From Promethearchaeota archaeon (lineage in GTDB: Archaea > Asgardarchaeota > Lokiarchaeia > Sigyniarchaeales > SOKP01), in contig JBHLOY010000003.1 in the NCBI GenBank assembly GCA_048939995.1, positions 256,001 through 320,000 on the forward strand: a DNA stretch of 64,000 nucleotides, given 5' to 3'. Every line of letters begins with the position of its first letter. Positions within the stretch are counted from its first letter, which is position 1. This document shows positions 22,104 through 31,737 of this stretch, one piece after another. The translations under genes and the position numbers were made by a program. The notes under the pieces were generated by a model, which ran no database searches, was not told the DNA's origin, and saw nothing but the letters and a program-made list of their open reading frames with translations.

Positions 22104-22664
22104 ATGAAGGAAGATTTGGTCCCTGTATTTATAGAAGGAGAGAAGATTGCATTAATAGCAAAAAATTCTGCGCTTGTTTCGTTATATGTTAAATGGTTAA
22201 ACGATCCTATTTGTTGAAAATATGCACCATTTATATTTCCTAGGACGGTTGATGACGCTAAAAAATACTTAGAACCATCGATGGGAGTTAAAACACTAAT
22301 TGAATTTGATATATATCATAAAGTCGATGAAAAAGTCATAGGGTGGATAGGGATAAAGGATATAATGTGGTCCCATCGTTGCGCTGAAATTTTTTATATA
22401 ATTGGTGATCGAGACTATTGGGGTCGTGGTTTAGCTACTGAAGCCGTGATTTTAATTCTTAAATATGCTTTTCTGGAGCTGAATTTGCATAAAATTAAAG
22501 CTCTAGCACTTGCTCCCAATACGGCATCAAATCGGATACTACAAAAGCTTGGCTTTTCATTAGAGGGTACTTTTAAGGAGGAGGGCTATATTGATGGTAA
22601 ATATTATGACTTGAAACATTATGGGCTTTTGAAAGCAGAATGGTTAAATAGAGCGGTTGAATGA
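22104..22664 (+). pseudogene. RimJ/RimL-type GNAT acetyltransferase interrupted by an in-frame TGA at 22215-22217
   Basis: ATG 22104 gives MKEDLVPVFIEGEKIAL...KWLNDPIC*KYAP..., in frame with the 22281 ORF (YWGRGLATEA, NTASNRILQKLGF). Confidence 0.75.
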
Positions 22665-22751
22665 TTGTTATTAATGCTAATTAATCAGGTTTAGGGCTGT
22701 AGAGTTTGTGAGCAAAATAGTAATAGCACCTCTAAATCAGGGAGTGATTAA

Positions 22752-24590
22752 TTGAAAGGTTTTAGAGGGAAACTTCTAAATGTAGATTTGACAAATAGGT
22801 CTGTCTCGGAAGAACCACTCAATATTAATATTGCTAAAAATTTCCTTGGAGGCACTGGCTATTGTTGTAGATATTTATATAATAAAATAGAAAAAACTAC
22901 AGATCCATTATCTCCGTATAATGTTTTAATGTTTATGACTGGTCCTTTTTGCGGTTCTAATATCCCTGCAAGTGGGAGATTCACAGTTTGCGCAAAATCT
23001 CCACTAACAGGTATCTGGGGAGAATCAACATGTGGAGGTTATTTTGGGAATGAATTAAAAAAGGCAGGATATGATGGAATAATCATTAATGGATCTTCAA
23101 ACATTCCAGTTTATTTAGAAATTACTGATAATGGTACTCAAATTAGAGACGCTACTTTATTGTGGGGGAAAGGAATTCATGAAACTTCAAAATTATTAAA
23201 AAAAAGATTAGGATCAGATTTCATAAGAGTGGCATGTATTGGTCAAGCTGGTGAAAATTTGGTTAGATTCGCTTCTATAGGTTCTGAGGATAAGTCGGCA
23301 GGAAGAACGGGAATGGGGGCTGTAATGGGTTCAAAAAAGCTAAAAGCTATAGCAATACGTGCTAAAAAAAGAGCTTATGAAGGAGCTAATCCAGAAAAAT
23401 TGAAGGAAGTGATCAAAAAAGCAATAGAAAATATCATGGCTTCTTTTGCTTCTCGTATGTACGGGATTCTTGGGACTTCAGGAGCTGTCGATAAGTTCAA
23501 TGCTGAAGGTGATTTACCTATTAAATATTGGACTTTAGGTACATGGGAAGGAGCATTTAATATTTCTGGAGCAACTGCGTCAGAAAAGATTTACACTAAA
23601 AGATATCATTGTTTTTCATGCCCTATAGGATGTGCTCATAAAGCAATGGTAAGAAATGGTGAGTATACAACTGAATACGAAATTGAAGCCGCTGAATATG
23701 AAACTGTAGCGGGTTTTGGTTCTATGATTTTAAATGACAATATAGAATCAATACTAAGAGCAAATTTTTTATGTAATGATTATGGAATCGATACAATTAG
23801 TGGTAGTAGTACCATCGCCTTTGTATATTACCTATTTAATAATGGAAAAATAGATGCTGTTGATATTGATGGCTTAAAACCTAAATGGGGTGATGTAAAA
23901 CCTGCTTTACAAATGATAAGAAAAATAGCCCTAAGAGAAGGATTTGGAAATATCCTTGCAGATGGTTCTAATGCAGTAGGAAAAAAATTTAATATTCCTC
24001 AAGATGATATTGCTACTGTATATGGCATGGAGGTTCCCTATCATGATATAAGACGTTGTTATGGGATGTCCATAGCATATGCACTTGGAACCCCAAGAGG
24101 ACCATGCCACGAATCATGTGATGTTTTTTATATATTAATCGGTGTCCCTCTCGAAGAATATGGAATTAAATGGATAGATTGTTATCAAAATGATGAGGAA
24201 ATGGCAATAACTAGTGCTCTTGCTCAAGATTATCGGGCTATATATAATTCTTTAATAATGTGTAGTATTGCGAATCCAAAACCTTCAATTATTATTGATA
24301 TGTTAAATGCTGCAACAGGGTTAAATGTAGATATGGATGAGTTTAAAATTCTAGGAGAACGAATTTATATGATTAAGCGTTTATTCAACCTTAAAATGGG
24401 CATTACTCCTGCTGATGATCGACTACCTCAAATTTTACTAAACCCTGTCAATGAGGGAGGATCTGCAGGTAAATCTCCAGATTTTGAAAAGCTTAAAGCA
24501 GCCTACTATAATTATAGAACATTTGATCTTAGAAATGGCTTTCCAAGTTTGGAGAAATTAAAAAGTTTGGGACTGGAAAATCTCATATGA
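22752..24590 (+). CDS. aor: Aldehyde:ferredoxin oxidoreductase (tungstopterin family)
   Basis: KSPLTG, AGRTGMGAVMGSKKLKAI, CFSCPIGC, EYET, DTIS. Confidence 0.93.
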   Translation: MKGFRGKLLNVDLTNRSVSEEPLNINIAKNFLGGTGYCCRYLYNKIEKTTDPLSPYNVLMFMTGPFCGSNIPASGRFTVCAKSPLTGIWGESTCGGYFGNELKKAGYDGIIINGSSNIPVYLEITDNGTQIRDATLLWGKGIHETSKLLKKRLGSDFIRVACIGQAGENLVRFASIGSEDKSAGRTGMGAVMGSKKLKAIAIRAKKRAYEGANPEKLKEVIKKAIENIMASFASRMYGILGTSGAVDKFNAEGDLPIKYWTLGTWEGAFNISGATASEKIYTKRYHCFSCPIGCAHKAMVRNGEYTTEYEIEAAEYETVAGFGSMILNDNIESILRANFLCNDYGIDTISGSSTIAFVYYLFNNGKIDAVDIDGLKPKWGDVKPALQMIRKIALREGFGNILADGSNAVGKKFNIPQDDIATVYGMEVPYHDIRRCYGMSIAYALGTPRGPCHESCDVFYILIGVPLEEYGIKWIDCYQNDEEMAITSALAQDYRAIYNSLIMCSIANPKPSIIIDMLNAATGLNVDMDEFKILGERIYMIKRLFNLKMGITPADDRLPQILLNPVNEGGSAGKSPDFEKLKAAYYNYRTFDLRNGFPSLEKLKSLGLENLI

Positions 24591-24623
24591 GAGTCCATGA
24601 TGATTAAAGAATATTGAGTTATT

Positions 24624-25640
24624 TTATATCAAAATTTCAATGATCTCTAAGCCATCGTCTCTATCAGCAACATAAGCAATATTATCAATAACTTCTACAT
24701 CATAGGCATGGCCCCCATCATAAAACTGAGCCACTTTTATAGGATTAGATGGGTTACTAACATCAATAACATTTAAACCCTTTCCATAATCCGCAAGATA
24801 GGCTTTTGATCCATTTACATAAGCAGCATTAATAGTACCTCCATTGTCAAATAATCCTACTTGTAGGATATTTGAGGGATCATTCACATCAAGGATTCTT
24901 AATTCCCCTCCACCAGTCCCATGATTACATATATAAACATAATCGCCATAAACATATGGATTCCAATAATCCACTCCATTAGGAGTGTGACTTCCAATTT
25001 GAACTGGATTTAGAACATCACTAACATTTATAATTCTTAAACCACTGTATTCTGAATGATGATCTATTATATATGCTAAATTATCTAAAATATCAACGTG
25101 AATACAAGCTCCTGAAATGCTAAAATGGGTTAATTCTATTACATTTGAAGGGTCACTTACATTTAGAATTACTAAACCCCTTGACCAATCTGCTAAGTAC
25201 CCTATATCACCAATCACTTCTATATCATAAGCAGCACCACTTCCTGTATATTGATCTAACTTAATAGGGTTCGTAGGGTCACTAATGTCGAGGATTTCTA
25301 ATCCTACTTGTGTGTTGGCTAGGTATGCAATCTCTCCAACTACAGATACACAAAGAGGAAGTCCACTTTGATAATATGACCCTAAAACGTAAGGATGAGT
25401 TGGATCACTCACATTAATAATAACTAATCCGCCAGGATTGTTATCCATTGTATCTACTACGTATGCGATGTCTCCATGTACTTCAACATTATAAGCTTGC
25501 CCACCAGTATTAATTTGACCTAATTCTTCTGTATTAAACGAATAGGGCATTAATAGAAGAATCAATGGGATTGCGATACTGGTAATTATTATTAAACTAA
25601 GAGATATGGCAAATATTATTATCTTATATTTTTTTTCCAT
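24624..25640 (-). CDS. LVIVD-repeat beta-propeller, N-terminal membrane anchor
   Basis: Repeated AYVAD..GL.I.DVSDP.NP units. Confidence 0.9.
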   Translation of the reverse strand: MEKKYKIIIFAISLSLIIITSIAIPLILLLMPYSFNTEELGQINTGGQAYNVEVHGDIAYVVDTMDNNPGGLVIINVSDPTHPYVLGSYYQSGLPLCVSVVGEIAYLANTQVGLEILDISDPTNPIKLDQYTGSGAAYDIEVIGDIGYLADWSRGLVILNVSDPSNVIELTHFSISGACIHVDILDNLAYIIDHHSEYSGLRIINVSDVLNPVQIGSHTPNGVDYWNPYVYGDYVYICNHGTGGGELRILDVNDPSNILQVGLFDNGGTINAAYVNGSKAYLADYGKGLNVIDVSNPSNPIKVAQFYDGGHAYDVEVIDNIAYVADRDDGLEIIEILI

Positions 25641-25664
25641 GAAAAACTCATTTTAATTCAGCAA

Positions 25665-25701
25665 TTGTAAGTACGTCTAAGTAAGAAAATTTATAAATTT
25701 A
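25665..25701 (-). repeat. 37-bp TATA-containing element, copy 1 (copy 2 at 27812-27848)
   Basis: ttgtaagta(c/t)gtctaagtaagaaaatttataaattta, 36/37 identical. Confidence 0.8.
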
Positions 25702-25798
25702 ATTGCCCATCGTGAATGATTAAGTGTCTCTTAATATAGCTGAAGAGAAAGAGAAGAGAAATTAATCTAAAAGATCTTGAAAAAGAATTTTGAGGGAT

Positions 25799-25879
25799 CT
25801 AATCTTTCTCGGAATCTTTATCATCTTCTTGTTTAATTTTTTTCTTTCTCTTATTCTTCCTTTCTTTTTTCCTCGGCAT
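25799..25879 (-). CDS. Possible 26-aa charged micro-protein
   Basis: MPRKKERKNKRKKKIKQEDDKDSEKD with GTGAGG RBS upstream. Confidence 0.3.
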   Translation of the reverse strand: MPRKKERKNKRKKKIKQEDDKDSEKD

Positions 25880-26079
25880 GTTAATATTCCTCACTTCTAA
25901 ACCAATTTTGAACCTCAAAAAACTTAGTTCTGAGCATGGAATATGGACAAAAATGTTAAATATTAACTTGTTTTAAATTATATTTGATAATATTCGATCA
26001 AAGATCTAGAAGGCGATTGAAGTAGAAGAAGTGAATTTTATCGTAGTAGATCAACATTAAAAAAAAAAGAGGTAAAAAT

Positions 26080-26820
26080 ATGAAAAAATATCAATGGATA
26101 TTAGTATTAACTTTAGGTATTTGTATTTTTGGTTTCGTCCCACTAGTTCAAGCAAAAACAATTATTAGACCAATTGACGACTATGCTGGAGAATATACTG
26201 TTTTTTTAGATCTATGGGATATGCCAGGGTCCTTCTTAAGCTGGGCTGATCCGGATTCAGGGTTATGCATCCATCCTCATGCTGTTACATGGTTTGGTCC
26301 ATTAGCGGGGCCTCTCCCCATATATAACTTTCTCGTCTGGGAGTATAAACTTTTAGGGCAATGCCAGCATGGAGGGAGTATACAGGAAAGAAATATAGAT
26401 GAAGAAAATACATTAATTTCCATAAACCTACATGTAAAAGAAGTTCCCTTTATGTTATTTGACTATTATCCCACTGGTCCTTACCCCTTTTATTGGAATT
26501 ACGAACCAATATACACAGGTACTATGAACTATAACTTCCAATGTAAGGTTCTTTACAATACAGAAATGTTAAATGATTGGTTTGAAAAGTGGGGAAGATT
26601 ACCATCACTTTTTGAGATATTTTACATCTTTCCTGATCCTATGTTTCCCCCTACTTATCCACCAGAAATGATTCCTGTCACAACATTTATGCATACAACT
26701 GGGGAAGGATATTTAACTGAAGGAGGAGAAGGAATAGTCAAATTCAATCAAGTTGCGATTTTGGATCCAGACACAGGAGATTACAAGTGGCCTGTAGAAA
26801 TAGTAATTGTACTTCCATAA
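26080..26820 (+). CDS. Secreted hypothetical protein
   Basis: Signal peptide MKKYQWILVLTLG...VQA; GAGGT RBS. Confidence 0.8.
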   Translation: MKKYQWILVLTLGICIFGFVPLVQAKTIIRPIDDYAGEYTVFLDLWDMPGSFLSWADPDSGLCIHPHAVTWFGPLAGPLPIYNFLVWEYKLLGQCQHGGSIQERNIDEENTLISINLHVKEVPFMLFDYYPTGPYPFYWNYEPIYTGTMNYNFQCKVLYNTEMLNDWFEKWGRLPSLFEIFYIFPDPMFPPTYPPEMIPVTTFMHTTGEGYLTEGGEGIVKFNQVAILDPDTGDYKWPVEIVIVLP

Positions 26821-26842
26821 ATTATTTTAATTTTAATTAAGG

Positions 26843-26932
26843 CTATAGTAAATGGAGGAGTTGGTTTAGAAAAAATACTTCAAGATGGAGCGATTACCGA
26901 ACCAATAACTCTCCATTCTATAGATTTTTTTT
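26843..26932 (+). terminator. Long bulged hairpin followed by a T-run
   Basis: ctatag-aatggag-ttggtt ... aaccaa-ctccatt-ctatag, then T8. Confidence 0.55.
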
Positions 26933-27074
26933 AGATCAACATTTTTAACGCGGATTTATATAATCTATTAGCTTTACTTGTGAATACTTCAAGTCAGAAT
27001 TTGAAAACAACAATGACAAGGATTTTTAATATTCATTTTGAGGAAGTTGATGAAAAAGATCTAGGAAAAAAGGA

Positions 27075-27614
27075 TTAACGTTCTTCCTTATTTGACAAAT
27101 GCTTTATAATATTAAATTTCAAATTATTATTTTCTAATACTTTTATAGTTTCAGGATGATAGTCTAAAACTATTTTTTGACTTTCCTTCATTATAGAAGT
27201 AGTTTGTAGATACATCATTTCCATAAAAAGTTCCTTTAATTCTAAATATGTAGAAGAAATTGCTTTTTTGCCATTATAATACACAACGCTATTATAATTT
27301 TCAATTAAAATAATTTCTCCATTCTTTTTTATTCCCCTGAATCTAACAGAAACTGTTCTTTCATCTTCGTGTATAAACCTTTGAGTTAATTCTTTTAAAT
27401 CTTCAGGGTGAACTATTTTATAGAATTCTCTTTTCTTCCATTTAGTTATTTCCTCTTCACTGTACCCAAATATCTCAGCAAATTGTTTATTGAAATATAT
27501 GAGATGGCCTTTTTGAAAAACTACAATTCCTAAACTTGAATTACCAGCAAAATAGAGAAATGCCTCATCGTTTAATTCTGCAGTAATCTCCCCTTCTACT
27601 CCTATTTTTGACAT
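27075..27614 (-). CDS. Stand-alone PAS-domain protein
   Basis: YFNKQFAEIFGYSEEE, IVHPEDL, KKNGE. Confidence 0.85.
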   Translation of the reverse strand: MSKIGVEGEITAELNDEAFLYFAGNSSLGIVVFQKGHLIYFNKQFAEIFGYSEEEITKWKKREFYKIVHPEDLKELTQRFIHEDERTVSVRFRGIKKNGEIILIENYNSVVYYNGKKAISSTYLELKELFMEMMYLQTTSIMKESQKIVLDYHPETIKVLENNNLKFNIIKHLSNKEER

Positions 27615-27811
27615 ATTACTCCAACCTTTTATCTTAATCTATTTTAATATATTAGATTTTATTTATAATCTTTTTTGTTCTTGGAATTTTTTTCTAGCTT
27701 TAAAAAATGACTGACCAAATGAATACGAGAGAGATAATAATAAAGATTATTAAATCTTAAAGAATAATTTGAAATCTGATATAGTTTGATCCAGAGTGTT
27801 GCTTTCCAAGT

Positions 27812-27848
27812 TTGTAAGTATGTCTAAGTAAGAAAATTTATAAATTTA
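27812..27848 (-). repeat. 37-bp TATA-containing element, copy 2
   Basis: Matches 25665-25701. Confidence 0.8.
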
Positions 27849-28188
27849 GACTATATTAATTGTAATTTTTAAAAAATATCTCTTGTAATCTGGTATTCCA
27901 CTGGATGATTTTCCTCACTGATATTAAACTGATATTTAAGATTTTTCATATCTATAATAGTAATCCAATTTAAAAATGAAAAAAGCTTTAATACTTTTAG
28001 ATAATAATAAGTCTAATGTTTATTTCAAGCCTTCTTCTAACATTTGCTAATTTTTTTCCCTATACTTCCTTATTTCAGCTTTCTATTCCTTGTTCATTAT
28101 GCTCTTTTAGGCTTATTAAGGTCTTCGTTTCCCCAAACCGAAGGATCGGTTTGATAAACACTAAAAAATTAAAAAGAAAATAATAATT

Positions 28189-28644
28189 TTACATATTTAC
28201 TTTGACAGCCACAATTTCCCCTTTTACGCACTCTTTTTCTTTTGCAAACATTGAACAAGTTACTATTGCTTTACGCTCCTTCATTTCCTTTATTCGTGCT
28301 CTAAAGGTCCATGGTTTATTTAATGGGGTTGGTTTTAAGAATTTCACTAATAAAGTTCCTGTTGCATAAGCAATTACCGGTTTTGTGCTTTCATCTCGAC
28401 CTTCAGCGCGATAAGCTGCTGAAGCCACTGTATTAAGACAGTGACAATCGAGAATGCTAGCAATAATGCCTCCACATCCTATCCCTGGATATGCACAATG
28501 GTATCTTTTGGGTTTCCATATACATATACACTCATCCCCTTCCCAATAGCTCTTTATTTGAAGTCCATGTTCATTACTACGTCCACAACCCCAACAATAG
28601 GTGCCTAATTCAGGCCATTTATCTTGAATTGCTTCATTTTCCAT
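28189..28644 (-). CDS. PaaI/hotdog-fold thioesterase
   Basis: CWGCG..N.HGL, GGIIASILDCH, VKFLKPTP. Confidence 0.88.
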   Translation of the reverse strand: MENEAIQDKWPELGTYCWGCGRSNEHGLQIKSYWEGDECICIWKPKRYHCAYPGIGCGGIIASILDCHCLNTVASAAYRAEGRDESTKPVIAYATGTLLVKFLKPTPLNKPWTFRARIKEMKERKAIVTCSMFAKEKECVKGEIVAVKVNM

Positions 28645-29296
28645 AAAAATTTCTCTCTATTCGACTTTTTATACAATTTATTGAATTTCTAAATTTTAGA
28701 TAAAAATGTCAATTTATAATGTCATTAAAGGATCATTAGTTATTAATCTTAAGTCTGGAAATTTTTCAAAAATCTTAGTATTATCGCATATACATTTCCT
28801 CCTGATATTTTTTTTCTTGGTACCAAAAGGCATTACATTCGTAGATTTTATATTTATCATCGAAGGAAATAACCCAATCATAAAATAACTAAAATAACAA
28901 TTTTTTTTAGAATTTTTTTTTTAATTTTGATTCAACAGAATCAATTTGCTGGACTCATATTCTTTACTTCTTTATTTTTTTATTGACTATATTATAAAGT
29001 ATACAACCAAAACGTTAGGATCTTCAAAAAGTTTGATCAAATCTGTTTCCTTTATAAAATCTGCTCCTTCAATAATTAATTCTCTGAATTCTTCTTCTCT
29101 AGTTTTCCTCTAATATTAATTAATAAAGCTTTTAAAATTCTAAAAGATTTGGGGATGGAAAAAGGATATACTGGGGAAAAAATCAAGGAAGCGATATCAA
29201 GAATTTCCAATCAAAAAATAAATAGAAATTACTCCCAAAGTTCAATAAAACTTCGATAAATTACTCTATATATAAAGTACTTAATTATGAATAATT

Positions 29297-30121
29297 ATGA
29301 AATTTGGATATGCTATAGAAAATTTTGATGTAAATTTAAGTCCAAAAAATCTAATTCAAACAGCTAAATTACTCGAAGATTCAAGCTTTGAATCTCTATG
29401 GACAGTAGATCATATAATGCAACCTAAAGGAGGGCATCTCCCTCTTTATGATACAATTTCAGAAGTAATTGTAACCTTATCATTTCTTGGAAGCTATACC
29501 AAAAAAATCAAACTAGGTGTTTCAGCTTTGGTCTTGCCAATAAGAAATCCAGTTATTGTCGCAAAACAATTGGCAACTTTAGATTATTTAACTAATGGTA
29601 GGATGATGATTGTGTTTGTTGGAGGGTGGAATGAAGGTGAATTCAGTTTTTTAGGAAAACAGTTTAAAAATCGTGGAAAGATTTTTGATGAATACATTCA
29701 AATTGTTAAAAACCTCTGGATGGGTAAATCTGAATTTAAAGGAGTTTATTACCAATTTAAAAACGCCAGTTTTAAACCTATAAGAGATGACCTACAGAAT
29801 AAACCAATATTAATAGGTGGATATGTGAAACCAGCTATTGAGCGAGCTATATGTTTTGGTGATGGATGGCACCCAGGAGCATTGAGTGGAAAGGAGATGG
29901 AAGAAAAAATTGCCCCATTTAAAGATCAAATTAAACATAAAAATTTTCAACTCTCAGTTCATTCATTCGTATCAAAAAATACAAATATTTCAGAATTTGT
30001 TGATGAATATGCTAATCATGGAATATCAAGAATTGTTTTTGATATCACTAGAACTGATATTCCCCCCAATGAACGAAAAAATTACTTAAGAAAGTTATGC
30101 GATTTTGTTAAAAATTATTGA
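29297..30121 (+). CDS. LLM-class (probably F420-dependent) oxidoreductase
   Basis: SLWTVDH, LPIRNPVIVAKQLATLD, GDGWHP. Confidence 0.88.
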   Translation: MKFGYAIENFDVNLSPKNLIQTAKLLEDSSFESLWTVDHIMQPKGGHLPLYDTISEVIVTLSFLGSYTKKIKLGVSALVLPIRNPVIVAKQLATLDYLTNGRMMIVFVGGWNEGEFSFLGKQFKNRGKIFDEYIQIVKNLWMGKSEFKGVYYQFKNASFKPIRDDLQNKPILIGGYVKPAIERAICFGDGWHPGALSGKEMEEKIAPFKDQIKHKNFQLSVHSFVSKNTNISEFVDEYANHGISRIVFDITRTDIPPNERKNYLRKLCDFVKNY

Positions 30122-30295
30122 ATTTGCTTAATATATAAGTTTAAACTTATTATTTTCAATTGAAAGAATGCATGCCCTTTCTCTGGATTGCCAACTGAAT
30201 AAAAAACATCGGAAACTCTACGACAAACTTCTGATTCAAAACCTTTACTCACACACTTCAAGATAAGATAAATTACCTGGATATATTGCTCTTGA

Positions 30296-30451
30296 TTAAT
30301 TTTCCCATAAATCAAGATGCTTAAGGTTTACAAGTTTATGAAGTCCTTTAATTTCACTTATCGAATGAATATTTTTACCTCGTAAGCAGAGACTCTCAGT
30401 TGGAAGCTTTCCAACTTTATATTTCTTTCCTTTTACAGACACATAATTCAT
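30296..30451 (-). pseudogene. Truncated leucine-rich-repeat gene
   Basis: MNYVSVKGKKY...LCLRGKNIHSISEIKGLHKLVNLKHLDLWEN* stops after about 1.5 LRR units. Confidence 0.6.
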
Positions 30452-30560
30452 AAATATATTAATTTATCTTATTTATTTAAATGTTTACCCTGCAAGACTT
30501 TATTAGCTTACTAAAAAACGCTCTAGGCAGCATATTATTTAATAATGAGTTTGTGATCAA

Positions 30561-30644
30561 TACACACTCATACACAAAAAAAAGAAAACATTTAAATACT
30601 ATTATACACACTTTATGATCAGAGCTACACAAAAAAACTACACA
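30561..30644 (+). promoter_or_regulatory. Five TACACA direct repeats around a TTTAAATA box
   Basis: TACACA at 30561, 30571, 30605, 30626, 30639. Confidence 0.6.
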
Positions 30645-30678
30645 ACAAAAAAAAATAAAAAAAAGGTGGAAAGAAAAG

Positions 30679-30762
30679 ATGGAAAATAGTTATGAATACT
30701 ATCAGAAGAGTAAGGCCAGAAATGACGTGAATCGAGCGTTTGTTGGCCCAATGTGTTATTAA
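30679..30762 (+). CDS. 27-aa peptide ORF
   Basis: MENSYEYYQKSKARNDVNRAFVGPMCY; GGTGG RBS, followed by T-tracts. Confidence 0.55.
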   Translation: MENSYEYYQKSKARNDVNRAFVGPMCY

Positions 30763-30853
30763 ATAAAATTTTTTTTAATTTTTTTTATGCTAACCAAAAT
30801 TAATGAATAAATAATAAAAAGGTAAGAAAGAGAATAGTTTGGAGTTAAGAATA

Positions 30854-30940
30854 ATGAAAAGAGAAGAAATTATAGAAAATTGGAATCAATATTTAGATTT
30901 TAGATATGAATATATGGCATTTAATTATATTATCAAATAG
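30854..30940 (+). CDS. 28-aa peptide ORF
   Basis: MKREEIIENWNQYLDFRYEYMAFNYIIK; GGAG RBS; stop abuts the RBS of the next gene. Confidence 0.45.
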   Translation: MKREEIIENWNQYLDFRYEYMAFNYIIK

Positions 30941-30951
30941 GAGGGGAGAAA

Positions 30952-31635
30952 ATGAAAATATCAGGATCAGGAACACTTTCTGAGGGAAGGATATACGATG
31001 AGCTGAATGCTTCTGGTTCAGTTAAACTAAAAGGGAATTTTGAATGTGATGGATTTCATTCCTCTGGTTCTTTGAGAGGGGAGGGAAACTTGATTGTTCA
31101 TGGGGACATAGAGAGTTCTGGTTCGTTTAGATTGATAGGGTCCCTTTATGGAGATAACAATTATAGATCTTCGGGTTCGACTTCAATAGAAGGAGAGATA
31201 ATTATCAAGGGGGAAGTAGTAAACTCTGGTTCATTAAGGGTAGGTAATAACCTTGAGGCTATTCAAGGAATTAGAATCTCTGGATCAACCCATGTAAAAG
31301 GCGGACTTAAGTCTAAAAGTCTTATAAAAATTACTGGATCATCTACAATTTATGGCGATATCAATGGGTTTGACATTTCACTAGGGCGCAAAGGCTTATC
31401 TAAAAGAAGCATATATAAGCATCCCAACAAAGTCTTTGGAAGCGTTTATGGGAGAGATAATATTTATTTAATCAATTGTCTTGTAGAAAATGATGTGAAA
31501 GGAAGAAAAGTATATATTGGACCTAAGACGGAAGTTTTAGGGACTGTATATTATGTTGATACCATTCAAGTTGATGTTAATGCGGTTCTCAAGAACAAGT
31601 CTGTTCAAATTAAAGAAGAAGAATTAATAGATTAG
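30952..31635 (+). CDS. Polymer-forming cytoskeletal (bactofilin-like) beta-helix protein
   Basis: Repeated SSGS/ISGS...I.G units. Confidence 0.75.
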   Translation: MKISGSGTLSEGRIYDELNASGSVKLKGNFECDGFHSSGSLRGEGNLIVHGDIESSGSFRLIGSLYGDNNYRSSGSTSIEGEIIIKGEVVNSGSLRVGNNLEAIQGIRISGSTHVKGGLKSKSLIKITGSSTIYGDINGFDISLGRKGLSKRSIYKHPNKVFGSVYGRDNIYLINCLVENDVKGRKVYIGPKTEVLGTVYYVDTIQVDVNAVLKNKSVQIKEEELID

Positions 31636-31737
31636 ATTTAGGAGTTATGATAACAAGATTTTTTGAATTAGACTTATGTAAATATATAAAAAAATTTTAT
31701 TAAATATTAAAAAAATTGGATTAAAAGAGGTTTTAAT

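Noticed and set aside
30115-30315. 66-aa ORF in the track
   Set aside because: Overlaps the LRR remnant in another frame and looks like debris.
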